64,000 nucleotides of DNA. Source: a virus. Location of the stretch: positions 1 to 64,000 of IMG/VR virus record IMGVR_UViG_3300010430_000003, one strand, 5' to 3'. Numbering within the stretch: the stretch's first letter is position 1; every line of letters begins with the position of its first letter. Below are positions 40,635 through 49,506 of this stretch, piece after piece. The translations under genes and the position numbers were made by a program. A model generated the notes under the pieces. It ran no database searches, was not told where the DNA came from, and worked only from the letters and a program-made list of their open reading frames with translations.

Positions 40635-41156
40635 ATGATTGTAATTGGTCTTGATGTTTCAACTAGTATTACCGGCATAGCTGTAATGGATAATGGAAAA
40701 TTAATCCATTCTGTATCTGTTAATACAAAGAACAAAAAGCATTTCCCAGAACCCACCGATGTTGCCTTCAAAATTCGAGAAGAATTAATTAGTCTTAACT
40801 TATTGCCAGATAAGATTATAATAGAGGAGTCATTGTTTGGTTTTGCTGGCGGAAGAACAACAGCAAAAACTCTCATTAAACTTGCTCAAATAAATGGTTT
40901 GGTTTGTTTCATTTGTGAGGATTTATACAGACAGAAACCTGAAAAGATTTCTGCTCGGAAAGCTCGGAAGAAAGTTGGAATTGTTATACCTGCCAAAACT
41001 GATAGAAAAGAAGTAAAGAAAATTGTCTTGAAAGAGATGAATTCACGACTTGAAAATTTCACATTTGAACATACAATTCATGGGAATCCACGAGAAGAGG
41101 CGTTCGACCGAGCAGACGCCGCTGTAATCGCTTTATCCCATGATATAGATGAATGA
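40635..41156 (+). CDS. RuvC-like Holliday junction resolvase
   Basis: 173 aa. 'MIVIGLDVSTSITGIAV' (catalytic Asp strand), 'IIIEES' and 'FDRADAAVIAL' match the RuvC/RNase H-fold acidic tetrad layout. Confidence 0.6.
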   Translation: MIVIGLDVSTSITGIAVMDNGKLIHSVSVNTKNKKHFPEPTDVAFKIREELISLNLLPDKIIIEESLFGFAGGRTTAKTLIKLAQINGLVCFICEDLYRQKPEKISARKARKKVGIVIPAKTDRKEVKKIVLKEMNSRLENFTFEHTIHGNPREEAFDRADAAVIALSHDIDE

Positions 41157-42090
41157 AAAGAAGAAGGTTTTAGATTCGATTCTAGGTGCTCCCGTCCGTT
41201 CTGGTCGGGAGTTTTTGCATTATTGCAAGTTATGTAATCATCATAAAAGAAAATTATCAGTCAATTATGAGAAAGATTGTTGGAAGTGTTGGATTTGTGA
41301 TGATGCTGGTTATGACCTATCTAGATTAATTAAAAGATGGGGAACCTTCCAAGATAAGCAACAGTGGGCAGAGATCGACTCTACCATTGATCTCTCAATG
41401 TTCAAGGAGCAGTTCTTCTCTTTATTGGAATCTGATTCTGTTGAGAAGGAAGAGCAGGTTATATCACTACCTGACGATTTTGAAACCCTTGCAACTAAAC
41501 AAAGAAATTTTGAATCCATCCAAGCTAGGATGTATTTGAAAGAGAGGGGAATAGCATTCAATGATATTGTTCGATGGAAGATTGGTTATGCACGAACCGG
41601 AGAGTATCGTAATCGAATTATAATTCCTTCCTTTAATCGCAATGGTGAAGTTAATTTCTTTATAGCCAGATCATATACAGATGATTGGATGAAGTATAAG
41701 AATCCAGATTTGAGTAAAGATATCATTTATAATGATTTGTTCATCGATTGGGTTAATGATGTTATCATTGTTGAAGGTGTATTTGATGCCATTAGAGTTA
41801 AGAATGCAATTCCAATTTTGGGCTCAACTTTAACAGAAAAATCAAAACTGTTTGCTGCTTTGGTACGCCATAAGCCACGCATCTATGTGGCACTAGATCC
41901 TGATGCCGAAAAGAAGAGTCTAAAACTAATTATTAAGCTGTTAGAATACGGCATGGAAGTTTACAAGATTAATACTTTTGGATATGAGGATGTGGCAGAA
42001 ATGCCACTTGAGATTTTTAATAAACGCAAGAACGAAGCGCTTAAAATGGATTCTGAGTCCTTCTTGTTTTATAAGATCTTGTCCCTCTGA
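41149..42090 (+). CDS. DNA primase (zinc finger plus TOPRIM, T7 gp4 N-terminal / DnaG-like); no helicase domain
   Basis: 313 aa. Has 'CKLCNHHKRKLSVNYEKDCWKCWIC' (C4 zinc finger), 'RIIIPSFNRNGEVNFFIARS', 'IIVEGVFDAIR' (TOPRIM Glu) and 'ALDPDAE' (DxD). Confidence 0.75.
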   Translation: MNEKKKVLDSILGAPVRSGREFLHYCKLCNHHKRKLSVNYEKDCWKCWICDDAGYDLSRLIKRWGTFQDKQQWAEIDSTIDLSMFKEQFFSLLESDSVEKEEQVISLPDDFETLATKQRNFESIQARMYLKERGIAFNDIVRWKIGYARTGEYRNRIIIPSFNRNGEVNFFIARSYTDDWMKYKNPDLSKDIIYNDLFIDWVNDVIIVEGVFDAIRVKNAIPILGSTLTEKSKLFAALVRHKPRIYVALDPDAEKKSLKLIIKLLEYGMEVYKINTFGYEDVAEMPLEIFNKRKNEALKMDSESFLFYKILSL

Positions 42091-42099
42091 GGGAAAGAA

Positions 42100-42396
42100 A
42101 TGTCGCAAGAAGATGAGTTTACTTTAGGGTTATTTCTGCACGGAACATGCATTTATAACCGCATTGATGAAGATAATAGTAGAATAAATTATTATTGCAT
42201 ATCTTGCAAGCGCTCGGTGGGGAAAGAGCTTTATAAGAGGTTTGGTGAATGTCCATCCTGTAGGCTTAATTCTGTTATTCCCCTTGAGGGGAGAAATATT
42301 TTCAATAGACTCCAAGTAGAAGTTCTAAGAGAAAGAATAATATTGGATACATTGAGAAATTTTGATTTTGAAGAGTTTGATGATTTGGAGGATTAA
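42100..42396 (+). CDS. small zinc-ribbon protein
   Basis: 98 aa. Contains 'CISCKRS...CPSCRL' (CxxC...CxxC). Confidence 0.55.
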   Translation: MSQEDEFTLGLFLHGTCIYNRIDEDNSRINYYCISCKRSVGKELYKRFGECPSCRLNSVIPLEGRNIFNRLQVEVLRERIILDTLRNFDFEEFDDLED

Positions 42397-42485
42397 TGAG
42401 TCATGATTGGCAAGAGTATTATAAAGAAAAGTATGAAAAGGTTCTTGAACAATTAGAGCCACACTTTTTTAAGAGGAATAAATGA
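42396..42485 (+). CDS. 29-aa ORF translationally coupled at both ends
   Basis: Not in the track because it is too short. The ATG at 42396 shares its A with the upstream TAA. The stop at 42483-42485 overlaps the next ATG (ATGA). Product: MSHDWQEYYKEKYEKVLEQLEPHFFKRNK. Confidence 0.4.
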   Translation: MSHDWQEYYKEKYEKVLEQLEPHFFKRNK

Positions 42486-45400
42486 AAATTGCTCACCTCG
42501 CCGACATTCATATTAGAAATTTGAAGTATCATGAAAATTACAAAAAAGTTTTTAATAAATTATATTCTTCTCTTAAAGAAAACGAGCCTGATGTAATAAT
42601 AGTTGCTGGGGATATAGCACATACAAAAATCTCCATCTCTCCAGAATATATTGACATCTCTTCTGATTTTTTGCGTAGTTTATCGTCACTACAAAAGACG
42701 ATAGTGATTCCGGGGAATCATGATATGGTCTTATCCAATCTCAACAGGCAAGATTCCATTTCACCAATTGTTAAAAATATTAATAATGATAATTTAATTT
42801 TTTTGAAAAAATCAATTAATTATCAAGTTGGAAATATTAATTTTGGCAATATATCAATTTGTGATGATATAATTCTAAAACCCAAGGAAGGTTATATTAA
42901 CATTGCTCTATATCATGGAGCTATCAAGGGTGCTAAAACAGATACCGGCTGGATTATTGAAAAGGGCGATCATGACGTTGAGATCTTTGATGGTTTTGAT
43001 TTTGCGATGCTTGGTGATATTCACAAATCAAACCAAGTCATGGATACAGAAGGCAGGGTAAGATACTGCGGGTCACTCATCCAGCAAAATTTTGGTGAAG
43101 ATCAAGAGAAAGGATATCTCATGTGGGATATTCAAGACACAGATAACTTTGAGTGTGAATTCATTCCATTGGAAAATGAATGCCCATTTGTTACTACTGA
43201 GTATGGAAACATGGGCACTATCCCTTCTAACTCAATGCTCCGAATCGTATTAACTGAGGCTCTCACTAAGAAGGAAGTAGATGATTATCTGATGTATGTG
43301 TCTGATACCTTTACTCCAAAGCTATTAACAACGATAACTGAGAAGAACTTTACAAAAACTGGAAACAATCTCAAAATCAATAATGATGATATTTTGCTTG
43401 ACGCAGTTCAAGAAAAGTTTTTAACAAATTATGTTGAGAGGGAGATTGAAGACGAAAGAATAAAAGGTAGAGTGTTGGAACTTGCCAACAACTACAAGCA
43501 AGATGTTAAAGATACTTCTTCAATTAATTGGACAATCGAAACAGCAGAATGGAGTAACCTTTTTTCTTATAAGGACAATAACAAAATATCCTTTGCAGAT
43601 AAACAAGGGATAACAGGGATTTTCGGTGCGAACTATTCAGGCAAATCATCTGTGGTAGAAATAATTCTGCTTGGCCTGTTTAATTCAACATCCAAATCAA
43701 TTCCGAAAAGTGTTGATTATATTAATGAAGACGAAAACTATGCAGAGGTTACTGTAACCTTAGTATCTGGTGAGGATGAAATTGAAATTGTCCGTTCCTT
43801 TACAAGAAAGAAGAATTCCGCAGCTACTACTGTTGATTTCTATATCAATGAAGAAAAGTTCAATGGTCAGTCAAGAACTGAGACTGATAAAATCATTCAG
43901 GCTTATTTGGGCTCTAAAGATGATTTCATGAATACGACAATTGCCACGCAGTTCGGCTCTCTCCAGTTTGTTGAATCCAAACCAACAGCTAGGAGGGAGA
44001 CAATCTCTCGGTTTTTTGGATTGGATGTATTTAGTGAAAAGCATAAAAGAGTGTCAGATGACTATTTGGAGAGCAAAGGAATTGTTGATCTCTTAAAGAA
44101 GAAGATTGACAGTGGTATTTCCATTTCTGATATTGAAGAAGAAATTGACAGGAAAAAGAAGTATTTGGAGGCTCACATTTCAACCAAGAACGTAAAAGAA
44201 CAGAGTCAATCTGAATATGCTGTGAGAGCCTCTGAGCTTGAATCTAAGCTAAAGAAGGTTCCCGCTGATATAGGAGATGTCTCTAGTCTGGAACAGAAGG
44301 TGAGGCAATATGAGAGCGCTGAAGGGCTAACTAAAAAAGAACTTGCTTCACTTCAAGAACGTGAGACTAATGTTGATGAAAAAATATCAAGAGTTAAGAA
44401 GGAACTTTTAAACATAGATTATGAAGCATTGCTAAGTAAGCGTGAAGTGTTGGATGGTTTTAAAAGTAAGAAGGAGACTGCCTTATCTATTAAAAGAGAC
44501 TTTGAGTTGCAAAGAGGTAAAATTGAGAGGGCAAAAGAAACTATAGCTAGCCCACCATGTCACAAGAACAATCTTAATTGCTGCAAGGTAAAAGAAGCTC
44601 AAAAGTTCTTAGATAGTCAAGATAAGCTTATAGAGAATGTCGAAAAGTCTCAAAAATTAATTGAAGCTGTTAATTCTAAAATTAGCCAATTTAATGAACA
44701 GGAGTTAAGGCTTCAAATTCAAGAAAAAGAAGACAAAGATAATCTTCTAAGAGAGTTAGAGACTTTGAAGATCAGTGTAGCTAACAAAATTAATAGCGCG
44801 CAGTTTAAAATAGACAAGATACTCTTTGAAAAGAAGAAGAGTAATGAAGCTCTTGAGAAGAGCAGAGAGAATACTAGTCTCTTTGAAGAAAAAGAGCAAA
44901 TGGAGAGTAAACTTGCAAGCTTAAAAAAGATATCTTCTAACATTGAAGGTGAAATTAAGAGCATTGATTGTGAAATAGCAAACTTAAATAAGTTTATTGG
45001 TGCCCAAGAAGAGAAAATTAAGACCGTCAATGACATGAGAGAAGAATACAACGACAAATTGTTTGATTTTGAAGCTTTGGAGTATTTAAGGAAAGCTTAC
45101 CACAATAAAGGAATTCCATTATTAATTATCAAGGACAAAATTCATATTTTGAACTCGAAAATTGATGAATTGCTTAGTGGAATTGTGGATTTTTCAATAT
45201 ACATCGAAGAGAATGAAAATATTGAAATTATGATTCATCACCCAAGACAAAAACCAAGAAAAATCAACTTGGGGTCTGGTGCTGAAAAGATCTTTGCTTC
45301 AATTGTTATCCGAATTGCCCTTATGAGTGTTACAAGTCTTTCTAAAGCAGAACTGTTCATTCTAGATGAACCAGCTACTGGCTTGGACGAGGAACATATG

Positions 45401-45541
45401 AGTGCTTTTATGAAGATTTTGGATGTTGTGAAGTATAATTATGAAAATGTGATTTTGATCACTCACTTGGGCATGTTAAAGGATAAAGTAGATTATGCTT
45501 TTGATGTTCAAAAGAGTGAAAACGTGTCGAGGATATTATGA
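42482..45541 (+). CDS. fused Mre11/SbcD-like nuclease and Rad50/SbcC-like ATPase (single chain)
   Basis: 1019 aa. The N-terminus has the phosphoesterase motifs 'HLADIHI', 'VAGDIAHT', 'IPGNHD' and 'MLGDIHK'. These are followed by Walker A 'GANYSGKSS', a long coiled coil with central 'PPCHKNNLNCC', signature-like 'LGSGAEK', Walker B 'LFILDEPATGLDEEH' and 'VILITH'. Confidence 0.8.
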   Translation: MKIAHLADIHIRNLKYHENYKKVFNKLYSSLKENEPDVIIVAGDIAHTKISISPEYIDISSDFLRSLSSLQKTIVIPGNHDMVLSNLNRQDSISPIVKNINNDNLIFLKKSINYQVGNINFGNISICDDIILKPKEGYINIALYHGAIKGAKTDTGWIIEKGDHDVEIFDGFDFAMLGDIHKSNQVMDTEGRVRYCGSLIQQNFGEDQEKGYLMWDIQDTDNFECEFIPLENECPFVTTEYGNMGTIPSNSMLRIVLTEALTKKEVDDYLMYVSDTFTPKLLTTITEKNFTKTGNNLKINNDDILLDAVQEKFLTNYVEREIEDERIKGRVLELANNYKQDVKDTSSINWTIETAEWSNLFSYKDNNKISFADKQGITGIFGANYSGKSSVVEIILLGLFNSTSKSIPKSVDYINEDENYAEVTVTLVSGEDEIEIVRSFTRKKNSAATTVDFYINEEKFNGQSRTETDKIIQAYLGSKDDFMNTTIATQFGSLQFVESKPTARRETISRFFGLDVFSEKHKRVSDDYLESKGIVDLLKKKIDSGISISDIEEEIDRKKKYLEAHISTKNVKEQSQSEYAVRASELESKLKKVPADIGDVSSLEQKVRQYESAEGLTKKELASLQERETNVDEKISRVKKELLNIDYEALLSKREVLDGFKSKKETALSIKRDFELQRGKIERAKETIASPPCHKNNLNCCKVKEAQKFLDSQDKLIENVEKSQKLIEAVNSKISQFNEQELRLQIQEKEDKDNLLRELETLKISVANKINSAQFKIDKILFEKKKSNEALEKSRENTSLFEEKEQMESKLASLKKISSNIEGEIKSIDCEIANLNKFIGAQEEKIKTVNDMREEYNDKLFDFEALEYLRKAYHNKGIPLLIIKDKIHILNSKIDELLSGIVDFSIYIEENENIEIMIHHPRQKPRKINLGSGAEKIFASIVIRIALMSVTSLSKAELFILDEPATGLDEEHMSAFMKILDVVKYNYENVILITHLGMLKDKVDYAFDVQKSENVSRIL

Positions 45542-45798
45542 TGCACATTAAAGAGTTGTTTGTAGAGAATGGTGAAGGAGATAAACTTTCAATGGGAAGG
45601 ATCATGGCATGGATGGTTTTCATCGTCATGATTATTTGGTGGTTCGCGAAGACTGGCGATATCCCAGAAAACATGCTTTATGTATTTGGTTTTCTTATGA
45701 GCTATAACTTTGGTAAGAAAGTTAAAGAGCTTGGAACCAACTATGTTGATGTTATTTCAACTAGAGCCGGCAAAACTGTTGAAAAACTAGAGGATTAA
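45538..45798 (+). CDS. small two-TM membrane protein (holin candidate)
   Basis: 86 aa. 'IMAWMVFIVMIIWWFA' and 'MLYVFGFLMSYNF' are followed by a charged C-terminus. ATGATG overlap with the upstream stop. Confidence 0.4.
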   Translation: MMHIKELFVENGEGDKLSMGRIMAWMVFIVMIIWWFAKTGDIPENMLYVFGFLMSYNFGKKVKELGTNYVDVISTRAGKTVEKLED

Positions 45799-45802
45799 TA
45801 TT

Positions 45803-46177
45803 ATGACTTGGTTAAAGAAAGTATATTATTGGATTACTCAATATTGGTGGGTTTTGCTTACCATTATTGCTGGTGTATTAGTAATGTTGTTATTTCCGTC
45901 TAGCAATAGAAAACATTGGAAAGCCGTTGAGTATTTCCAAGGCAATGTCAGGAAAAGAAAGAAAAACTATGATGATCTTGTTTCAGATGTTAAGAGAGCA
46001 GAAGAAAGGAAATCTGAAACTCTTAAAAAGATTGAGAAAGAATACGGCAAAAAGAAGGAAGACTTAGATCGCAAGGAAAAGAAAGAGGTTGATCGAATCC
46101 TCAAGGAAACGGAGAACGATCCTGAGTTGGTAGCTAGAGAACTCGCGGAAAAGATGGGATGGACATATGTTGAATAA
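45803..46177 (+). CDS. N-terminal TM plus Lys/Glu-rich coiled-coil protein (i-spanin-like topology)
   Basis: 124 aa. 'YWWVLLTIIAGVLVMLLF' is followed by 'KRAEERKSETLKKIEKEYGKKKEDLDRKEKKE'. Confidence 0.4.
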   Translation: MTWLKKVYYWITQYWWVLLTIIAGVLVMLLFPSSNRKHWKAVEYFQGNVRKRKKNYDDLVSDVKRAEERKSETLKKIEKEYGKKKEDLDRKEKKEVDRILKETENDPELVARELAEKMGWTYVE

Positions 46178-46604
46178 GATGGTAGTGTTCTTAAGTATTA
46201 TTTTGTTTTCAACAACCGCTTTTGCTCAAGAAGCCAAAATTGCTTATGTAAAACAGGGGGAGAAAGCTCCATATGCTGGATATCTCTTATCACCCTTGGC
46301 ATTGGCTGAACAGCAAGCAAAGTTAACTGTGGTTGAGGCTGAGTGGTCTGCTAAAATGAAATATGAACTTGATAAACAAAAAGCAGAAAATGATTATAAA
46401 CTAGCCGTTGAAAAATCAAACAGCAACTTTCTTAAAAAAGAAAATTTGATTGTTATTGATGAGAAAGAGTTTTGGAAAAAGCAATCAAAAAGAACTTTGT
46501 GGGAAAAGATTGATATGCCTGTTGGAATCGGAATTGGTTCTGTTGCTACCTATTATTTAATTACTGTGATGCTTAAGACGGTGAGACCTGATGAATTACA
46601 TTGA
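46167..46604 (+). CDS. secreted/membrane protein with a signal peptide and a C-terminal TM
   Basis: 145 aa. Has 'MVVFLSIILFSTTAFA/QEA' (signal-peptidase-I-like site with no lipobox Cys), a helical middle, and 'VGIGIGSVATYYLITVML' near the C-terminus. Confidence 0.45.
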   Translation: MLNKMVVFLSIILFSTTAFAQEAKIAYVKQGEKAPYAGYLLSPLALAEQQAKLTVVEAEWSAKMKYELDKQKAENDYKLAVEKSNSNFLKKENLIVIDEKEFWKKQSKRTLWEKIDMPVGIGIGSVATYYLITVMLKTVRPDELH

Positions 46605-46950
46605 AGAAAGACCTTGGGGTAAGTTTGAAATAATTTATGAAAGTGATCAAATTAAGGTTAAAAAGATTACTGTAAATCCATATTCACGCTTATCATTGCA
46701 ATCTCACAACCACAGAGAAGAAGAGTGGACTGTTGTTGAAGGCGTATTGGGAGTTTCATATGGTGAGCACGTTGATGATATATTTGAAGTATATGTGCAT
46801 GTTGCTGGGTCGAAGCACATCCCACAAGGGGTGATTCATAGAGCTTTTAATGACACGTCTAAGAAAGCTGTTTTCATCGAAATCCAGAAAGGTACTTATT
46901 TTGGAGAAGATGATATCTTAAGATATGAGGATGATTATGGGCGAGATTAA
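46591..46950 (+). CDS. cupin, mannose-6-phosphate isomerase type II (ManC C-terminal domain) family
   Basis: 119 aa. 'RPWGKFE...VKKITVNPYSRLSLQSHNHREEEWTVVEG...IPQGVIHRAFN...IEIQKGTYFGEDDILRYEDDYGR' aligns along its whole length with the ManC/CpsB cupin domain as I remember it. Confidence 0.8.
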   Translation: MNYIEERPWGKFEIIYESDQIKVKKITVNPYSRLSLQSHNHREEEWTVVEGVLGVSYGEHVDDIFEVYVHVAGSKHIPQGVIHRAFNDTSKKAVFIEIQKGTYFGEDDILRYEDDYGRD

Positions 46951-47764
46951 AAGAGCGTTAGTTTTATCTGGTGGTGGTTCTAAGGGAGCATATCAAGTTG
47001 GTGTGCTTAAAGCACTTGCAGAAATGGGTCATAAATATGATGGTTATTATGGTGTATCTGTTGGTGCTCTTAATGCTGCATACCTCGGAATGTATTATGA
47101 TTTTGCAGATGGTGTAAAAGATTTAGAACAGAAATGGCTAAGTCTTGAAACTAAACGAATTTATAAGAAGTGGTTTGCGTGGCCTTTATCTATTCCATTT
47201 AAACCAAGTATTTATAACAGCACACCTCTTGAAAAGTGGGTGGGAGAAGAGATAAAAGAAGAAAAGTATATTAGACCTGTATCGGTTGGCTGGACTTCTC
47301 TTGCTACTGGTGAATATAGATCTATGAATAATGAGCACCCTGCTTTTAAGAAGTCTGTTATTGCCTCTGCTTCTTTTCCGGGGTTTTTTAAACCCGTTGA
47401 GTTTAGGAATGAATGGTTAATTGATGGTGGTGTCCGAAATGTCACACCACTTAAAGAAGCAATTGATTCTGGTGCTACGGAAATTGATTGTGTAGTTTTA
47501 GATGCCGCAGGTATTGAGTATTCTAATAAAAAACCCAAAACCCTTAATGTGTTATCACGCACAATCAATATCATGTTAGATGAAATTGTGGAGAACGATA
47601 TCAAAATGTGTCAGCTTTATAACAAGCACAATCTTGGTAGAAAGATCAAGTTAACAGTGTATAGACCTTCAAGCCCACTTGGTGTTAACTCACTTGATTT
47701 TAATTCTGAACAAAATAAAAAGTTGATGAAGTGGGGATATCAAGAAACATTTGAGTTAGTCTAA
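46937..47764 (+). CDS. patatin-like phospholipase
   Basis: Has 'LVLSGGGSKGAYQVG' (oxyanion GGGxxG), 'GVSVGALNAA' (GxSxG nucleophile) and 'LIDGGVRNVTP' (DGG Asp). The track start is 46925. The ATG at 46937 follows GAGGA. Confidence 0.85.
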   Translation: MGEIKRALVLSGGGSKGAYQVGVLKALAEMGHKYDGYYGVSVGALNAAYLGMYYDFADGVKDLEQKWLSLETKRIYKKWFAWPLSIPFKPSIYNSTPLEKWVGEEIKEEKYIRPVSVGWTSLATGEYRSMNNEHPAFKKSVIASASFPGFFKPVEFRNEWLIDGGVRNVTPLKEAIDSGATEIDCVVLDAAGIEYSNKKPKTLNVLSRTINIMLDEIVENDIKMCQLYNKHNLGRKIKLTVYRPSSPLGVNSLDFNSEQNKKLMKWGYQETFELV

Positions 47765-48165
47765 TGAAAATGTCAGAACAGGAAAAGCTGTGGTATCGAG
47801 TTGCAAGACTTGAGAAAGCAATCAGAGAGAAGTTTGGAGACCTCCCCGTTTCCAATTTTAAGAAGTTTTGGACTGAACAACATGAACAGTTATATCTTAC
47901 ACAATTGAAAGAGAAATGGGCCAAGAGATACTCTTTAAAAATTAAGACTGAGGAAGTAGAAGAAAAGTCTGGATATCTTATTAAGCGAAAACTATTTAAG
48001 GGGAGGCAAGAGGGTTGTAGACAATGTCCTGTTTGTAGTTCTTATAGCTTTGAGATTAAAGACGAATACTATTTTAATAAGTTTGAGTGTTGCTTCACTT
48101 GCTATATCCAGTGGGTCGAAGACAGAGTTGAAAGATGGAAAACAGGCTGGCGACCGAACTTGTGA
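47764..48165 (+). CDS. Cys-rich (zinc-ribbon-like) protein
   Basis: 133 aa. Contains 'CRQCPVCSSY...FECCFTCYIQW'. TAATG overlap with the upstream stop. Confidence 0.55.
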   Translation: MKMSEQEKLWYRVARLEKAIREKFGDLPVSNFKKFWTEQHEQLYLTQLKEKWAKRYSLKIKTEEVEEKSGYLIKRKLFKGRQEGCRQCPVCSSYSFEIKDEYYFNKFECCFTCYIQWVEDRVERWKTGWRPNL

Positions 48166-48176
48166 GGAATTAATTA

Positions 48177-48695
48177 ATGGCTGATATTTACGAAATTACT
48201 AAGTTGATTAAACAAGCTGCGGCTGATGCCAAAGACCACCCATATGGTGGCAAAGATACTGGAGCGCTGGCAAGAGAAAAAGGACACGTAGTTAATGATT
48301 CACGAATTGTAGACGGATTTTCTGTTGGTGTTGGTGGCAACATTGTCACTATCACCTATGAAATTGAGTGCAAAATGAAAGACACTCATGCTAATAAATT
48401 TGATACTGATATTGAAACAACAATTAATGACTTAGCCTCTTATCTCAAAAAAGAGTATAAGAGTGCTAGTGGCGACACCCTAACTCTAACTCCTGATGGT
48501 GAAATGGATGTATTTATGCAAGAAGTTTCAAGGGTTAGGGTGCTCGTCAGAGCTTCCAAACATTATAAGATCGGGGGTGTTGACGAACCTGCCGATTCTC
48601 GTAAAGACAGAAAGAAGAAGTTTGATTCTTTAGAAACTATGTTAGAAACTAAATACAGCCCTGAAGTGGCATGGAAGAAGTACTTTGAGCAATAA
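48177..48695 (+). CDS. hypothetical protein
   Basis: 172-aa ORF. No motif recognised. Confidence 0.55.
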   Translation: MADIYEITKLIKQAAADAKDHPYGGKDTGALAREKGHVVNDSRIVDGFSVGVGGNIVTITYEIECKMKDTHANKFDTDIETTINDLASYLKKEYKSASGDTLTLTPDGEMDVFMQEVSRVRVLVRASKHYKIGGVDEPADSRKDRKKKFDSLETMLETKYSPEVAWKKYFEQ

Positions 48696-49311
48696 ACTTA
48701 AAGAAGAAGATATTATAACAATCATTAAAGAAGAGTATAAAAGAGCTAAGCGTCGTGCCTCTGTTAGAGAGCAAGAGCTTGGTTCCCTCTCTGGCATCGA
48801 GATTGAAGAGTTGCTTGCCAATTACTTTTATCGGCACGGCGGGAAGATTCCAGAAAACATTATGAAGATGTCTGTTCTTTTCCCCATTTTGCAAAATGCT
48901 GGTTTGGGTAATATTGTTTCTTCTTATAAAAAGACTGCTGATACTTTTGGTAAAGATGCAGCGAGATTCATCTTGGCAGATGTGAAGAACGCCATTAAGA
49001 AGATCTCTGGCAATGATTTTGATTATGACGCAATTATTCAAAAGAGAGAGACAGAGTTATATGAACTTCTGAATAATCTTGCAATTGGAGATAAATTGAA
49101 TATTCCTTTTACATCTGGAAAACTTGCTAGGAATGAAATGGGAATATTGGATGAAACTGGTGAGCGCTTTATGTGGTCTGTGCAAGAGATTATGAATAAC
49201 ACAACAGATCTTCTAGAGTCTGAACTTACACTGCAACACGAAGCCACAGGGACACGAGCCAAAATGACATTTGGTGAGTTGATGGATTATCATGCTTACA
49301 AGGCGGAATAA
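48685..49311 (+). CDS. hypothetical protein (small terminase candidate by position only)
   Basis: 208-aa ORF with a TTG start that overlaps the upstream gene by 11 nt. There is no in-frame ATG near the 5' end. It lies upstream of TerL. Confidence 0.45.
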   Translation: MSNKLKEEDIITIIKEEYKRAKRRASVREQELGSLSGIEIEELLANYFYRHGGKIPENIMKMSVLFPILQNAGLGNIVSSYKKTADTFGKDAARFILADVKNAIKKISGNDFDYDAIIQKRETELYELLNNLAIGDKLNIPFTSGKLARNEMGILDETGERFMWSVQEIMNNTTDLLESELTLQHEATGTRAKMTFGELMDYHAYKAE

Positions 49312-49401
49312 ATGAATCAGAAAGGCTTTACTCTCATCGAATTGATGATTTGGCTGTTATCAATTTTTGGACCATGTGCGTTCGGTGCTTTTTATCTTTA
49401 A
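49312..49401 (+). CDS. 29-aa mini-protein with a prepilin-type N-terminal cleavage/methylation motif
   Basis: Not in the track. The ATG is 1 nt after the upstream TAA. Product: MNQKG/FTLIELMIWLLSIFGPCAFGAFYL*. 'KGFTLIELM' is the class III (type IV pilin/pseudopilin) signal. A strong terminator follows. Confidence 0.55.
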   Translation: MNQKGFTLIELMIWLLSIFGPCAFGAFYL

Positions 49402-49426
49402 TTAGATAATTAGTTTGATGATGTGG

Positions 49427-49452
49427 CGAGACACACCGTGTCTCGTTTTTTT
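49427..49452 (+). terminator. rho-independent terminator
   Basis: CGAGACAC (49427-49434) pairs with GTGTCTCG (49438-49445) around a 3-nt loop, followed by T7 (49446-49452). Confidence 0.7.
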
Positions 49453-49506
49453 GTGTCTAAGGTGAATGAAAAATCTATTTAAGGGTGATAACGTAAGGTG
49501 TCGTAT

